Positions 11,874 through 24,320 are shown, counted from the stretch's first letter. The stretch is 64,000 nucleotides of DNA from Daphnia carinata (GCF_022539665.2 NC_081331.1:8742001-8806000), one strand, 5' to 3'. The notes: generated from the letters alone by a model not told the origin. Made by a program: numbers and translations.

Positions 11874-12572
11874 ATATAATTATGAATGGTAGTTACTTTT
11901 ACGTAAGTCCAAAATCCTAATGTTTTTTTTGGTTGGGGGTGGGGGGGGGGATTTTTCTTTTATTGGAAGGCAATGACGACCCATGGTTTGCAGCGATACT
12001 CATTTCATGGTTTGACGGCAAAGTCTGTCTGTGGCCCCCAAATGCAAGGATTTAACAAAATTCATAGAATTAGGGCACGAGCCATATAGGGAAAAATGGG
12101 AAAACATCCTGCCCGTGTTAGAAAAGGCTTCGGTATGGGTTTCATTTTTAGATTACATTGCAAACCTATTTTTCAATCCTTATTGATTTTTTCAAAAATT
12201 TGTTTTTTTTTGTTTGTTGTTTAAAATAATTTGTCGCTCAAATAACACCAAGAAGAAAGGCGTAATGCAAATCGGCTCTAGAAATGGAGTACATTTCGAC
12301 AACAGATTCAGAAGGAAATAAAAGAAGTCTTAGCAATGCCAGTAAAAGGAAACAAACATTCGACAACAGGAGGAGTCCCCATCAGCTCCGCTACCTTCTT
12401 TGCCTTTTCCACCTCGTATAGGTTATTACTAAGTAAATTACCATAATATAGAAAATAAAACAATCTTTTCTATCAGTATTCCCAGTTCCGCTTAGAGTTT
12501 CAGACTTCATCTTGTTTTAGGGAATAGGGTAATATGGTAGGTATAGAAACAGAAAAATGAGGTCATTAATAT

Positions 12573-12975
12573 TATCACAGGTGGGAAATGAATTGGGAAT
12601 GATTATCTCTTCACAGAGGTGACTCATCCGCTCGTTGGACTACTGCAACAGGGGGAAAGAACTCACTAGAAGAAATACTACCCTAAAAGAGATGAAGAGA
12701 TACGGAGTCCGGAAGGGGTGTGATTCGCGCAGCATATATAAAACACTGCTGCGAAACTCCACTCGATGAGTCTCTATGGGGAGGAGCTCCCGGGGTTGTC
12801 TAACTACGTTAGTTGAGTTCCCGTGGATAACCTAGTGGTTTTCACAGTGTTGCTCCAAGTTTCGGTAAAGTTCTTGTTTATTCTTAGTTTGGTTTAGAAG
12901 AGAAGATCATGTGACTTGTTGTCATCATTTGTTGTATTCTTTCGTTCCGTGTTAAATACAAAAGTGCATGTGACA
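12573..12975 (+). mobile_element. Solo LTR (403 bp)
   Basis: TATCACA (mutated TGTCACA)...TGTGACA with ATAT on both flanks; TATA-like motif ~12735; homologous along its length to 18640-19030. Confidence 0.78.
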
Positions 12976-13205
12976 ATATTCAATGTTTCGAAGCAATGAA
13001 TTGCAGTATGGAGACGGTGGCCAGAATAGAAACTAGACAGGAAAATCCTTCATTGAATATTTTTAAATGTACTTCATAGTATTATAAAAATATTAAAGCT
13101 GATCAAATAATGCAAACAGTAGGGTTAGCGAAATTATTTCGTTTCCTCATCTTATCTTCTTACGAACAAAAAGATGATTAAAAAGGAGTGTCGGACTCCG
13201 AAGAG

Positions 13206-13440
13206 GTAGGTGTGTCGGGGTGTATTAACCGCAGGTGTAGGTGTGTCGGGGTGTATTAATCGCAGGGGTAGGTGTGTCGGGGTGTATTAACCGCAGGGGT
13301 AGGTGTGTCGGGGTGTTTTAACCGCAGGGGTAGGTGTGTCGATCAATTTCCAGCGAAAGAGTAGGAATGTCGGACTGCATTAATCGAAGTGGTAGATATG
13401 CCGGACTGTATTAATCGGAGAGGTAGATATGTTGATCAGT
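13206..13440 (+). repeat. 31-bp tandem array within the right TIR arm
   Basis: Unit GTAGGTGTGTCGGGGTGTATTAACCGCAGGG, about four near-perfect copies followed by diverged copies; mirrored by GACAAACCTACCCC units at ~8125-8235. Confidence 0.9.
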
Positions 13441-13990
13441 GTTCAGTGAAGGGACAGGCTTGTCGGTCTCAATTAAGCAAATGGGTAGATAAGACGGCTT
13501 TTTTATAATCAATTATTAACGGGGTAGTTGTGACGGAAGCATTATTCAGTTTTTTTCATGGGTAGATATGTCGGGGTAGGTCTGTCGGGGTAGGTCTGTC
13601 GAAACATCTGGGTACTTATGACGGGGGGTACCACTGTCTCTATCCCAAAGCCGAAAGTCCTGCACGTAGATGGCAACTTCAAATCGATGGATGTTATCTC
13701 ATATCAAGCAAGTCAGACTCTTACATATTAAATAAATAATCAACTAATCTCTGATATTTTAGAGATAGATCCCGTTCCCTTTACAAGGATATTATATATT
13801 GTGATGAAGATGTAGAAGCCACATCACATTGATCAACTCTGTGAAGCCAATGGTAATCATTTTACTCAGTTTATTTCCTAACTTTTATTACATTTTTAAT
13901 TCGAACAATAGACCAGAGCTACAGATAACTGTGGAGATTCCGCTTACACTGCAGGTCGCATGGATTCCAATCGGAAGAAAAACATGCCCA

Positions 13991-15331
13991 CACGGCACGA
14001 CGGGCTCCTCAGTACCTCTGCAGAACTTCCTACTTTCCTCCTCAGTCTTCTCCATAACCGTCCTAAATTCCTCTAAGAACCTTCTTTTTGGTCGCCTGAC
14101 AGGCTCTTTAGTCCCTCTTATATCATCCTCAGCTAGTACCTAGAACCTCCCATGATGAAAAAAATTGTGTGACATATGTCTAGCGATATCCCTAGCGGCT
14201 TTATATAAGCTTTATAGCACTTGAATCTATTTAAAACATAAAATGAATATTAAACGACAACGGAATATTGGTGGTTGTATATTCAATTTCAAAAACTTCA
14301 TCTTTTATTGGGATTGGCAGTATAATGGGACTGAACCGAAATAGAACTGGGAGAAATAGGACTGATTTTTAAGATATTTTAGGTAAGTCCTATTTTTCTA
14401 AGGCATTAGTCCTATTTCTTTTTAGAGATAGTGGAACTTCTAAAATTGTTCGAATTGGAACGATAAGCTTACAATGCGTTACAGCGTCGGCTTATATCCA
14501 TTATCCTTTTTAAAATACCGACGGTGTTTACTCATTACTTAAATGGGTCACAAAACCTTCTTTTCTTATGCTATTTTAATTAAAATTACAGGAGAACATG
14601 AATTATATTATATTTAATAGAGTTCATTTAACAAAATACTATTAGAGCAAAATCAGAAATATTTATTACTTATATTGCACTTTATGTGGTCATAACAACT
14701 TTTCCATTGCACTAATGTTTTACTATTTCATATTACTATCGTTACATAATATACAGCTCTTACATATTCTGATTTTGCTCTAATAGTATTTTATTAATTA
14801 TTTATTAAATACCATGAAATTACACGTTCAGTTACGAAGGAGGTGCAATACGTTAGTCCATAGGCATTTTTTAGGTGGTATGGTTGAAATCGGTCTCTTA
14901 TTTCACTTATTGTAGTGCTCGACCTCTATTTTATTGAATCTTGTTTGTGTTTTTAATTATTTCTTTTGGTTGCCTTTGTTAGTTTATTAACGTTAGCGAT
15001 TAATTTTTGCAACCTACAGATTGTCTTCATCATTCGTGTGAAAAACAGCCGCCTTAATAATTTATTGAATAAAAAATGGTAAACCCCAAAATTTACATTA
15101 TCTAACAATTTTACTTGAGCCAAATGTTTTTGTGATACTTTAAAACTCACGAGTCTTATTGTCATGGAGGGATCTCCTAAAGCACTCCTGAGCATATCAC
15201 TTTCAATTTCTTGAATTGAAAATATTGGCATGTTCCTCCACAATTTTCCTCAGTACTTCTCAACGGTGTGATTGATGCGCTGGGGAGGCTAAGAGCCTTT
15301 TTGGAGGTTCCCAGGAAAGAGATGTGCCGTG
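13991..15331. mobile_element. 1.34 kb non-autonomous element with CACGGCAC termini (possibly CMC/EnSpm class)
   Basis: CACGGCAC...GTGCCGTG with CA/TA flanks; KDZ homology stops at RKKNMP and resumes at VDQTG directly after it. Confidence 0.65.
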
Positions 15332-18300
15332 TAGGTGGACCAAACCGGAATTTTAATGGAACCCTGTCGTCATGGAGTTATTTTAGGAGTAGCCAACATG
15401 GATCGTAGATAGACTTATCACCATGTTCGTTTCCTTCATAGCAAAATTCCTAGCAAGTTTTTTTGTCAAGATGTGGTATGCAAGTATTTTCCCTTCGTTG
15501 ACGAAATAGGAAAACACAAGGACTAGAACAATTTGCTGCCGTAACTAAGATCTGTACTGGCTTTTTATCCCGGTGGTACGGGAAAACTCATTCCTGGCCT
15601 TGTCAACTGTTATGGGGTGGAAGTTGAAAACTCCATGCAGCTGCTACGACAGGAGAGGAGCAAGAGCAACAATTTTCAATGATGTCCAGATATTCAAATA
15701 TGTCGCGATGTATGAGTGATGCTTCCCGAAGAGATCAAGTAAGTGGTGCAATAGAATACTGGAACAGGGAGAAAGACGTGAATATAGGAAGAACTCTAGT
15801 AAAACGGTTGGTCCAAGCTCGCAAGAAGGTTGTCTGTACCAAAAAAGAATTCGCTTCATTGTTGGAGAAAAGGGGGCTGGTGGAAAAAGATTTGCCCTCG
15901 AATTTGGAAATGCTTCGAACCAAAGCCATTAATTACCACCATAGGATTGCTTCTTCTAACTGGCCTTTGGCATACGAAAAAGAAAATTTAGAAGGGCTTT
16001 ATGTCCAGATAAAGAAACTTACGATACAGAATCGAAACTGTCGCCGCTAATTTTAGTTTAGCATGTTTAGACTAAGACAGGTTATCTAAAATGGATTTTT
16101 TATCCTCACTGGTTCGTGTAAAGAGAAAACGAAGTTAAGGAAAGGGATTGCTAAAGCAAAAAAAAACAGCTAAAGAACATATTCTGCTCATCAATCAAAC
16201 TATTGAAAATTGCACAACTAGAACCCAACCTAATGCTGTTGAAGTGGAAATTAAAAAATGGCGAAAACTAGAACCAAGTCACTTTTCTGAAGGAATTTTT
16301 CCTTGGCAAACGGACGGAACTAGTAGGTCTGCAGACAAAATATAATACAACTGATATAATTAATATCCATTTTTGTTTGTATGTGCTCCTAACCTAAAAT
16401 ATTACATCTTTTTCTTAACTATAGTATCTAGTCGGGATGATTTCACTCTAATCGATACTTGGATGCTCTTAAAAAGATTTGAGGAAGAGGTAGCAGAGAC
16501 TGCTGTTGAAATTTTTAGATACTTGGAATTTCTAGTGTCGCATAAAGGGTCCCTGGAATCAAAATTAATATCCTTTGCTCCAACTCCTTTGGATCGAGGT
16601 AAACGATTTCTCGTTTTCAATGAAATACGAATAACAGAAACAAAGCTCGACTATTTCACTTTTTGAAGAATATTTCCGCAAGACAAACAAGATATGTTTA
16701 ATGACATAGATGACTACTCTGAAGATGAAAGTGATAATGAAAGTGATGATGATGGAAACAGTTATAATGAATTGTTTGACCAGTGATTGTAAAACGAATT
16801 TGGAAAATAAACAGAATGCAAAGAATATTCCTTTTTTTATTGGAATAACGATACCGCAACATCATAAGCAAAACTTTTGAAACTTTTTTTACGTCTATAA
16901 CATTGGGAAGTTTAAAAATTTCCGCGTAAAATGAATGGCTTCTGTCTTCTAGGATATGATTGGTCGTTGTATTATTTGGAAATTTTTCAACTAAATCACA
17001 AAGTTTTGCTAATACAGGCACATCATGACATTCCCGGAGTTATAAGGAATCGAAATATTACATGTGCAAGATAAAATAAGCAAAAAAAATGTTCAAACCA
17101 AGGGCCCAAAGTTTACGACTTTTCGTCGTTTCCCCTCCTCCCCGTATACTGTCCAAAAATGAAATACTTATTATTGGACAAACTATCCGTGTAAAGCGAA
17201 ATATTTTAACTGCAATGAAAAGTACTTAGTAAGGAGTTTCGATTTCTGTAAAACTCAAAGAAGAATTTCCATAAACAACTAAGTAAAAAAAACAAATTCA
17301 TAGTTTTTGTGATCCATAGATATACTGGACCCAAAAGATAAAACCGAAAAAAATTCTTTCGTTCTCAAACTTTTTGTTTATGGAAATCGAAAGCTATTAC
17401 TAAAAGAGTTAAAATTATTCCTTTTAGACCTCAGAGATTAGTTAACAAGCCAGCATCTAGTTCTTATGGAGGTGTGTTACTAGAACCAGAATTAGCATCT
17501 GTCTTTTACATTCCTTCAGACGATTCAATTGTGGTCTGAAACAAAACAATTAATCCATGCACGAAAGTTCAACTTACTTCATCAACTAAATTATCTACTT
17601 CTCGCTGAGCTGCTTTAGCATAATTGTGACAACAACTCTCCAAAAATCTTTCTCCGTACTCTGGAAACGTTGAAACATGGCTTAATGCAACACTGCCATA
17701 TGCACTGCAGTAAGTTGCTGTTTCTGTTTTATTCGAAAAATGAAAAAAATACTGTAACTTCAGCATTATAGCTTGCTCCCAAAATTTGCCAGCGACAAAA
17801 AATGTCGTCTTTAAGACGGTTTTTGCTCTGTTGTTATGTGGGTTTTGGTTTTCCATCTTTATGAACACTAAAATTTTCCTTTTTACTACCCTTAAACAAC
17901 AAAAAGCGAATTAAAACTTCAGAAAAATGTGAAAATGATAAAAACTTACAATTAGGCCTAACTTTTTGTGTTTCATTTCATACGATATAAATTGTTGGCA
18001 TTTGAAATGTTGCAGACGACGGTTGCAGACGACACTTTAACAGCCGGGTTGTTGCCTTCTTCAATTGCGGTGTGTACTGCTTGGTGAGCCAATCAAAACG
18101 CAGGAATCGTGTGCTGCTGGTACCCGAACGGTCGAGTCAACTCACGGAGATCATGTTGTTATAGAACCGCGCACAGACCGGAATTACTGAAGATCACCAG
18201 AAGAACTTTAGTCCGGGTCTTAAAGGAGGCCATCTTACAGCTAGACCAAAGTACACAAGAATATCTGATGCACAACTAGATCCATATCTCACAAATATGT

Positions 18301-18639
18301 TAAAATGCAACCCAAAATTTGGTAATGTTAATTCTTGCACTTGCATTACAGAGCTAATCAGACTCCGAGAAAACTTCGACATCTTGTTCATATGAGCCAG
18401 CTGCCGATCACCTTGTAATGCATTGTTTCAACACAGGTTTGCAGATGTTCAACCCTCTTAAAATACAGGATAATGCAGTCATTCATCGTTACTCTAAAAA
18501 TTTTTACTTGAATGCGCCAACGCCCATTGATAGGGATTTCATCCACCCCAGTTTCGTTAGCGATATGTAATATGTGCCTGCAAGGTATACGATGTTGCAG
18601 ATATGCGGAACAACAGCAATTACTTCAAGCTTGGGAAAT

Positions 18640-19030
18640 TGTCGCGGGCAGAAACGGAAGAATGATTATCTTTAGCGTAGATGAGTCACCCGCTTCTTGT
18701 GCCACGCTGCAACCGGGGTAAACAACTCACCAGAAAATGGTACCCTAAGAGAGATGAGGAGATACGGAAGGTGTGTGATTCGCGCTGCAGCATAAAACAT
18801 TGCTGCGAAACTCCGTTCGATGAGTCTTCATTGGAGGAGCTCCGGGAGTTGTCTAAACTCCGTTAGAGGAGTTCCATTGGTTTCCCTAGAGGTCTTCATT
18901 GTGTTTCTCCATGTTTGCGTAAGGCCTTTCTGTTTATCCTTGTGTTGGTCTTAGCGAAAAAAGCCGTTTTAATTATTTTCATCACTTGGTGTATTATTTT
19001 TTTGTGTTTAATACGAATAAATGTGTGACA
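18640..19030 (+). mobile_element. Solo LTR (391 bp), same family as 12573-12975
   Basis: TGTCGCG...TGTGACA; AATAAA just before the end; shared blocks such as TACCCTAA-AGAGATGA-GAGATACGGA and GCTGCGAAACTCC. No TSD. Confidence 0.72.
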
Positions 19031-19599
19031 ACGCAGTAAAAGCCAGATGTAGAGGCTATAACATGTAGGTGGGATACCTAATAAAAACTATTATTAATTC
19101 TATCAATTTCAAATAGCAATGTTGTGTGTTGAGATTTGATTTTCGGAGACGGATGTCGACGGCCCGAAAAACAAATCACAAAGCTTAAGGTTTGCGCTGG
19201 CGAATATTTCCTTGGCTGCTCCGATTACTTCAGCTTTCTGTATGTTATTACGGGGAGTATTACGGTATTATTGATCAAGATAACTATTTACCTTAATCGA
19301 AGTTACCTTGAAAAATATATAAGGCCATCTTTAATCCTTTCCGTTGTTTCGTCCAGGGTAAAAAAACCGGCTGTCTAAATCCAAAGTCATCCTTCATCAT
19401 GATGGTGTAGATAGACATTCCTAATTTGTTTCTCCGATGGGTTTCGTCTAGTTGAATGGTCTTAGGATATTTAGTATACAGTTCGACTTCTTGTAGTTGT
19501 ATGTAAATTAGGTTAACATCACCGTCGGCATCGGTGTCGATGTGGATAATGCTACCTCCAGTATGGAGGTGCTCTATGTTTCTGACGTGAGGCTCTGAA

Positions 19600-20056
19600 C
19601 TCAAGTGGGAACAAGATAAACTATTTTTGACAGGAAAAACTTCACTTTAAAAAATTCCCGTTCCTAAAATAGTTAATATTAAGTTATACTACTAAAATGG
19701 GATATAGTTTAATAAATATCCTCGATTAATGTAATTGCGGCGTCTAGAAAACATTTACTTATATTTTAAAAAAATTTCGAAAAAATGAGGTAGTGTCATT
19801 AGGCATCCTATAAGCACAATGCAATGTTCGGATACTACATGACTAGCATGCAAATCAAAAATTCTTATAGATAAAAATTTTAAAAAATTGTGCTGGATAG
19901 CCCATTATTTGATTAACTTCGGGGCAAAATTTTATTTTTTTTGTCGTCATTTTTAATGCCCCTTTTTTACGTTTGCGCAAGGGACCCTATCGCCATGAGA
20001 CACCATGTTAAAAAGCCCAAAAACCCTTGGTGTTCTAATAATAAGGGCGGGTACTG
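19600..20056 (-). mobile_element. Tc1/mariner-type terminal fragment, homologous (inverted) to 62063-62528
   Basis: Ends in GGGTACTG|TA; shares AAACTATTTTTGAC-GGAAAAACTT, CACTTTAAAAAATTCCC and CATGACTAGCATGC with the reverse complement of 62063-62528. Confidence 0.7.
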
Positions 20057-20321
20057 TATCATTGTAATATGAGTTGACGAAGTAACATAAATGATGAAAC
20101 GTTTACGTTAAGTTTTTTCTGGTAACCATATATAATATTTATTGTACTGTTAGGCTTTAGTTATAACAAATTCAAATATCTGTATCGGAAACAATCGAAG
20201 TAAAGGGTATTTCACCAAGAGATAAATTCACGTTAGATGAAAAACCATCATCTTCCACATCAGATATTACTTTGAAGCATGGCTCAAAAGTGTTGTCTGC
20301 TATCGCTTTTTGATAACGGTA

Positions 20322-20812
20322 CAGTGCCGGTCCACTTATAGAACCGCTTAGCTATAGAACCGGGTCGGTTATCGAACCGATTTTTCCTTGCCGTGTTTCA
20401 GCGCCGCCATTGGCTGTATTTTGAACTAAATCCATATTTTTGGGTTGGAATGAACGGCTTACGCACTTTAAAACGTACAAACACATGTTATTGAAACTGG
20501 TTTTAGCAATTTTAGACAATAGTGCAAATTGATTTAATGACTTTACGTAAAATAATAGCCTTCCTAACGAATTCAGGCGGATAACAATAGAACAAAATGA
20601 CTTATTGTTCTACTTTTCTCTTTGCCTTTTAATGTTATCAGAATTTTTAAACAACTGTTTTACAAAACGACAATTTTCGTGTCGTTTTGCTCGTCGGTCG
20701 TTTTGTTTTTTTCCATTTATTAATTATGGGCGCTGAAACACGGCAGAGAAAAATCGTTTCGATAACCCAGCCGGTTCGATAGCTAAGGGTTTCTAGAAGT
20801 GGACCGGCACTG
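20322..20812. mobile_element. Tc1/mariner (pogo-like) MITE, 491 bp
   Basis: ~85-bp imperfect TIRs beginning CAGTGCCGGTCCACTT; TA on both flanks; termini related to the 3585-4323 MITE. A further orphan right end (GGACCGGCACTG|TA) ends at 21116. Confidence 0.9.
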
Positions 20813-22064
20813 TATCTAATATAATGACCAATCGTTGATGGGGCATCCTCTTTGTGGTAGAACCCTATTGTTGGTAAAATAATGCAGGAATGGTTGAGGT
20901 ATTAAATTCTAATATGAGAACCCCCTTCCCCCTATTCTGGGTAGTTGCATAGAGATCAGCACTACCCCTGTGCTATTCGCTTTTACATTGCCATACTATC
21001 AAAATTTGTGTGATGAAAGAATCGAGGATACGTGGCTCTGAGATCGGCTGCTCGGTTATAGAACCATTCAGTTATAGAACCGCGCACAGGCCGGTTCTAT
21101 AACTGGACCGGCACTGTAATTGATAATAAATAAATACTTTTTCCATTCCCCCCCCCTCAATCAATCATTGACAGACTTCGATAAAATTAAATTTATTTCA
21201 AGACTTTTTTAACACAGACATAAATAGTTTAAGGAAATCTGAACGCCATACTATTTTTTTTAAGCATGTATCTTCAATATTTCAAGTTTTAAAGACCATG
21301 TCTAATGTCGTATACGGGTCCAGTTTTCCCTTACTAACAACTACTAAACCAATTTGGTTAACAAAAATTTAAGCATAAATTTAAGTACCCTTTACAATAT
21401 AATACCTTTCAAAGCGCTAAATTTATTTTATTTTCAGAGATGAATACAAAATACGGTTTTTGTCTATTTTGGGTCCGCTCTCCCCTAATATTGAATCCGG
21501 TTTTTTTAAATACCAATTTCTCATCCCATGGGTTGAAAACTACCTTAAAAGTGAAAGGGCAGTTATTAGAAAATTGAAATTAGTTTGCGCGAGTGTGATC
21601 CTTCGGGTGGGATTGGGACTTTCCGTCGTGCTTACAGATCGCGATTGCGTGCTTAAATCTCCACTTCTCGTCCTAAGATGCACCTTCCAGCTTCAAGAAA
21701 AAAAATATGTAATCATAATTCCAACTAGATATAATAGTGTTTCATGCTTACCACTTTATTGTAAGCAGCGACAGTCTTCTTGTCCTTTAAAACGCAGAGC
21801 GTAGAAATTAACAATGTCCAATTCCTGTAAAAAAATCTCAAATTCCTCCCAACTATCAAAAGCCTTACCTGTTTCAGTGTAGCTTATCATTTTTGAAAAC
21901 TTAAAAAGAGCTAAAATTTATGTTTTAGCAATCTATAAAAAGACTAACTGTAATAATTCATAAGAATATTGTCGATTAGTATTTGCAAGTATAATGTATT
22001 TAATTTTTCGATACAATATTTAAGAAAACTAACTATAATAAAATATACGATAACACGATAATTA

Positions 22065-22265
22065 ATCTTTCGTTACAATAGCGAAAAAGAACTTTAAGTG
22101 CACCGATATCTTTTGTTGCAGTAGCGAATAAGGCCACTTAGTGCAACGAAACATTTCGTTGCAATAGTGAAAAAAATATTTATTGCACGGAAAGGTCTCG
22201 TTGCAATAGGGATAAAGGCCGTTATTTTAGCGAAATATTTCGTTGTAGTAGATTCTACCGTAGAG
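22065..22265 (+). repeat. Degenerate ~24-bp tandem array (TTCGTTGCAATAGCGAAA-like)
   Basis: Recurring TTCGTTGCAATAG / GTTGCAGTAGCGAA motifs; likely transposon subterminal repeats. Confidence 0.6.
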
Positions 22266-22591
22266 AAATTTCCAGGAAAATCCAAACATTTCACGAGATT
22301 CCAGGAGATTCCAATCACACCTGGTGATTAATAATAAATGATTAATTTTCATTTTTCTTTCTTTTGGGCTTTTTGCCTTGAACATTTTTTAGTCTTTTCG
22401 GCTAGTTGCCCAAAAGAATCTAGGTTTTCCGACTTTTGTTGTGTTGTTGTGTTTTAGGACTTTTGTCATTCGACACTTGGACGAGTGGTTCGCGACCATA
22501 GGACATCTGTCTAGCGACGTCTGGACTACTGGTTGTCGACCTTTGGCCGCGACAACGATATATTGCTGAACCAAGCAAGCCCTGTACTGTG

Positions 22592-23167
22592 CAGTGGATC
22601 CTATCTTTCGGAAAAGATAAGATAGAATGGCAAAAGTTAAGATACTTCCGGCATCTTTTCGATAACTTGTATCGGGCGTCAATTTGAGCCGAAAAAAAGT
22701 ATCTTTATCTTATGCTAAGCCAATTTTAGCCTAAAGTTACCGAAAAGATACAAGATACTTTAGGCGCCATCTAGCGGCGACAAGTTCATTTATTTGGAAT
22801 AAAATTTTCGGGTCTCATTGTTTTAGTCATCCCTTGTCTCGTGGATGTCGATCAAAAATAAATGAATTATGAAGCTACAAATTTGATGCAACCCAGAATT
22901 TCAATTAATCTTCGATTCAGAATTTTTTTATTTAGTTTTGCGTTATTACTAAGTATCTTGTATCTTATTTTATCTTATCTTTAGCCTAAAATGAGAATTT
23001 TTAAAAATTTTTAAAAATATCTTATCTTAACTGGTTTTTTTTGGTAGTATCTTCTATCGAAGCATTTTTTTCGGTATTTACAAAATATCTTAACTTAACT
23101 TTGTATTTAAAATTTTTTTTTACAGTAACTGTATCTACAGGGTAAAAAAAAAAGATAGGAAGCACTG
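22592..23167. mobile_element. hAT-type MITE, 576 bp
   Basis: 8-bp TSD GTACTGTG (22584-91, 23168-75); TIR CAGTGGATCCTATCTTT versus CAGTGCTTCCTATCTTT; internal AAGATA/TATCTT repeats. Confidence 0.9.
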
Positions 23168-24320
23168 GTACTGTGTGACAAGTTGACTCCCATGCCAACG
23201 ACGTTTGGACTTTTTTAATTATTATTATTAAATGAATAGGTATTCATAATTAATTGTAATTATTTTATAGCTATTTTTGTTCGGGTTTATCGAGTAATAA
23301 ACTTTAATATTGTTATTGTAGAAGAAAAGTGTTATTATAATTACGTGAGTGCAATTACAATTAAACTATTAATTACTGTTTAGACATGGCCTTTTATTAT
23401 TACACGTTTAATAATATTAAATATGGGTTATTATATAATTTTTAAAAACCTACTAAAAATTATAGCCCACAAGAGTGTCTTTAACATTCAAATTTAAATT
23501 TGAATTCAATAAACTAATAAAAAGAAATACATTTTAGTGAAAGTTACCATATTGATTAAAGCTTTCGAGATGTATAAAAATTAAAAACAACAAAATTATA
23601 TACAAAAATACCTGCAAAATAATTAGGGGGAATATTAATGGAGTCCATTGGTCGCTGGCACGGAAGCCCACTTGTCCTAAAGTGTACCGCTCGTTGGGTT
23701 CAGCAACATTTCATTGTTGCACCCAAACGACGAGAACCAGCAGTCCAAGCGTCGATAGGCAGATGTCCAAGTGTCGGAAACCTGTAACCAAAAATCGGAA
23801 ATCCTGGAGTCCTTTGGGTAACTCACCCAAAAAGGTACATTTCTTGTTTTTCGGAAGCAACAAAACATTTTCTATATTGTTGTAAAATAATGAATAATAA
23901 TGAGGATAGATGGAAAGCTAGGATTTGGGAAAAAGAGAAGAGAAGAAGAAATAGCTAAAGTTGGGGGCTAGAAAAATAAAAATTCTACAGTGCAAAGTTT
24001 ATATTAACTTAAAAATTTTTAAGTTTAAGGACAATACAATATGCAATATTACCTCGTTGTTCATTGGTAACATTATTTTTGTTGCAAAGTGGCCATGAGG
24101 TTTAGCATAGTAAAAGATGTGATTTCTAACAGGTTTTGCTTCTGGAAACTCTGGTGGTCGATATTCTAAGTGTTCGAATTGTTCTTGATTTATTTTTTTG
24201 CTTTGACAACGTTGTTGAAAATACACCCACTTTTGCGACTGTATCACGTATTTCTATCACTTTTAGTTCTTCGTCGGAAACAGTTCATAATCCGCAGTCT
24301 GTTCTGATTAAGCGAAAGTC

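Larger units (their letters stand above)
7886..13645. mobile_element. 5.76 kb Mutator/Foldback-like DNA transposon with long repeat-structured TIRs
   Basis: 9-bp direct repeat CAAAGCCGA at 7877-7885 and 13646-13654; imperfect inverted arms of ~460-500 bp (7886-~8345 versus ~13140-13645) containing 31-bp tandem units; interrupts the KDZ gene between CKACG and VLHVDGNFK. Confidence 0.88.
7300..16740 (+). pseudogene. KDZ (Kyakuja-Dileera-Zisupton) transposase with CxC3-like N-terminal region, intron-containing and interrupted by insertions; ends approximate
   Basis: Ordered motifs: DG/RFDLSETSFQC...SGFWP, YWIHLKHRLPGSSERNYLKILEEL, CKACG | PKVLHVDGNFK, CGDSAYTAGR | VDQTGILMEPCRHGVILGVANMDR, FFCQDVVCKYFPF, then helical region and acidic tail. 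Stops and frameshifts present. Confidence 0.8.
18510..21890 (-). pseudogene. Fragmented MULE transposase of ZSWIM3-like architecture
   Basis: Minus strand in order: MISYTETGKAFDSWEEFEIFL...WRFKHAIAICKHDG (21890-21580); YTKYPKTIQLDETHRRNKLGMSIYTIMMKDDFGFRQPV and VIGAAKEIFASANLKLC (19600-19170, MULE DDE region); CCCSAYLQHRIPCRHIL (SWIM finger, ~18625-18560). Confidence 0.75.

Noticed and set aside
13206..13440. Possible CRISPR array
   Set aside because: Units are directly tandem with no unique spacers, lie in a transposon arm, and the DNA is eukaryotic with no cas genes.
17569..17868. 99-aa minus-strand ORF
   Set aside because: Possibly a transposon gene fragment, but no diagnostic motif supports a call.
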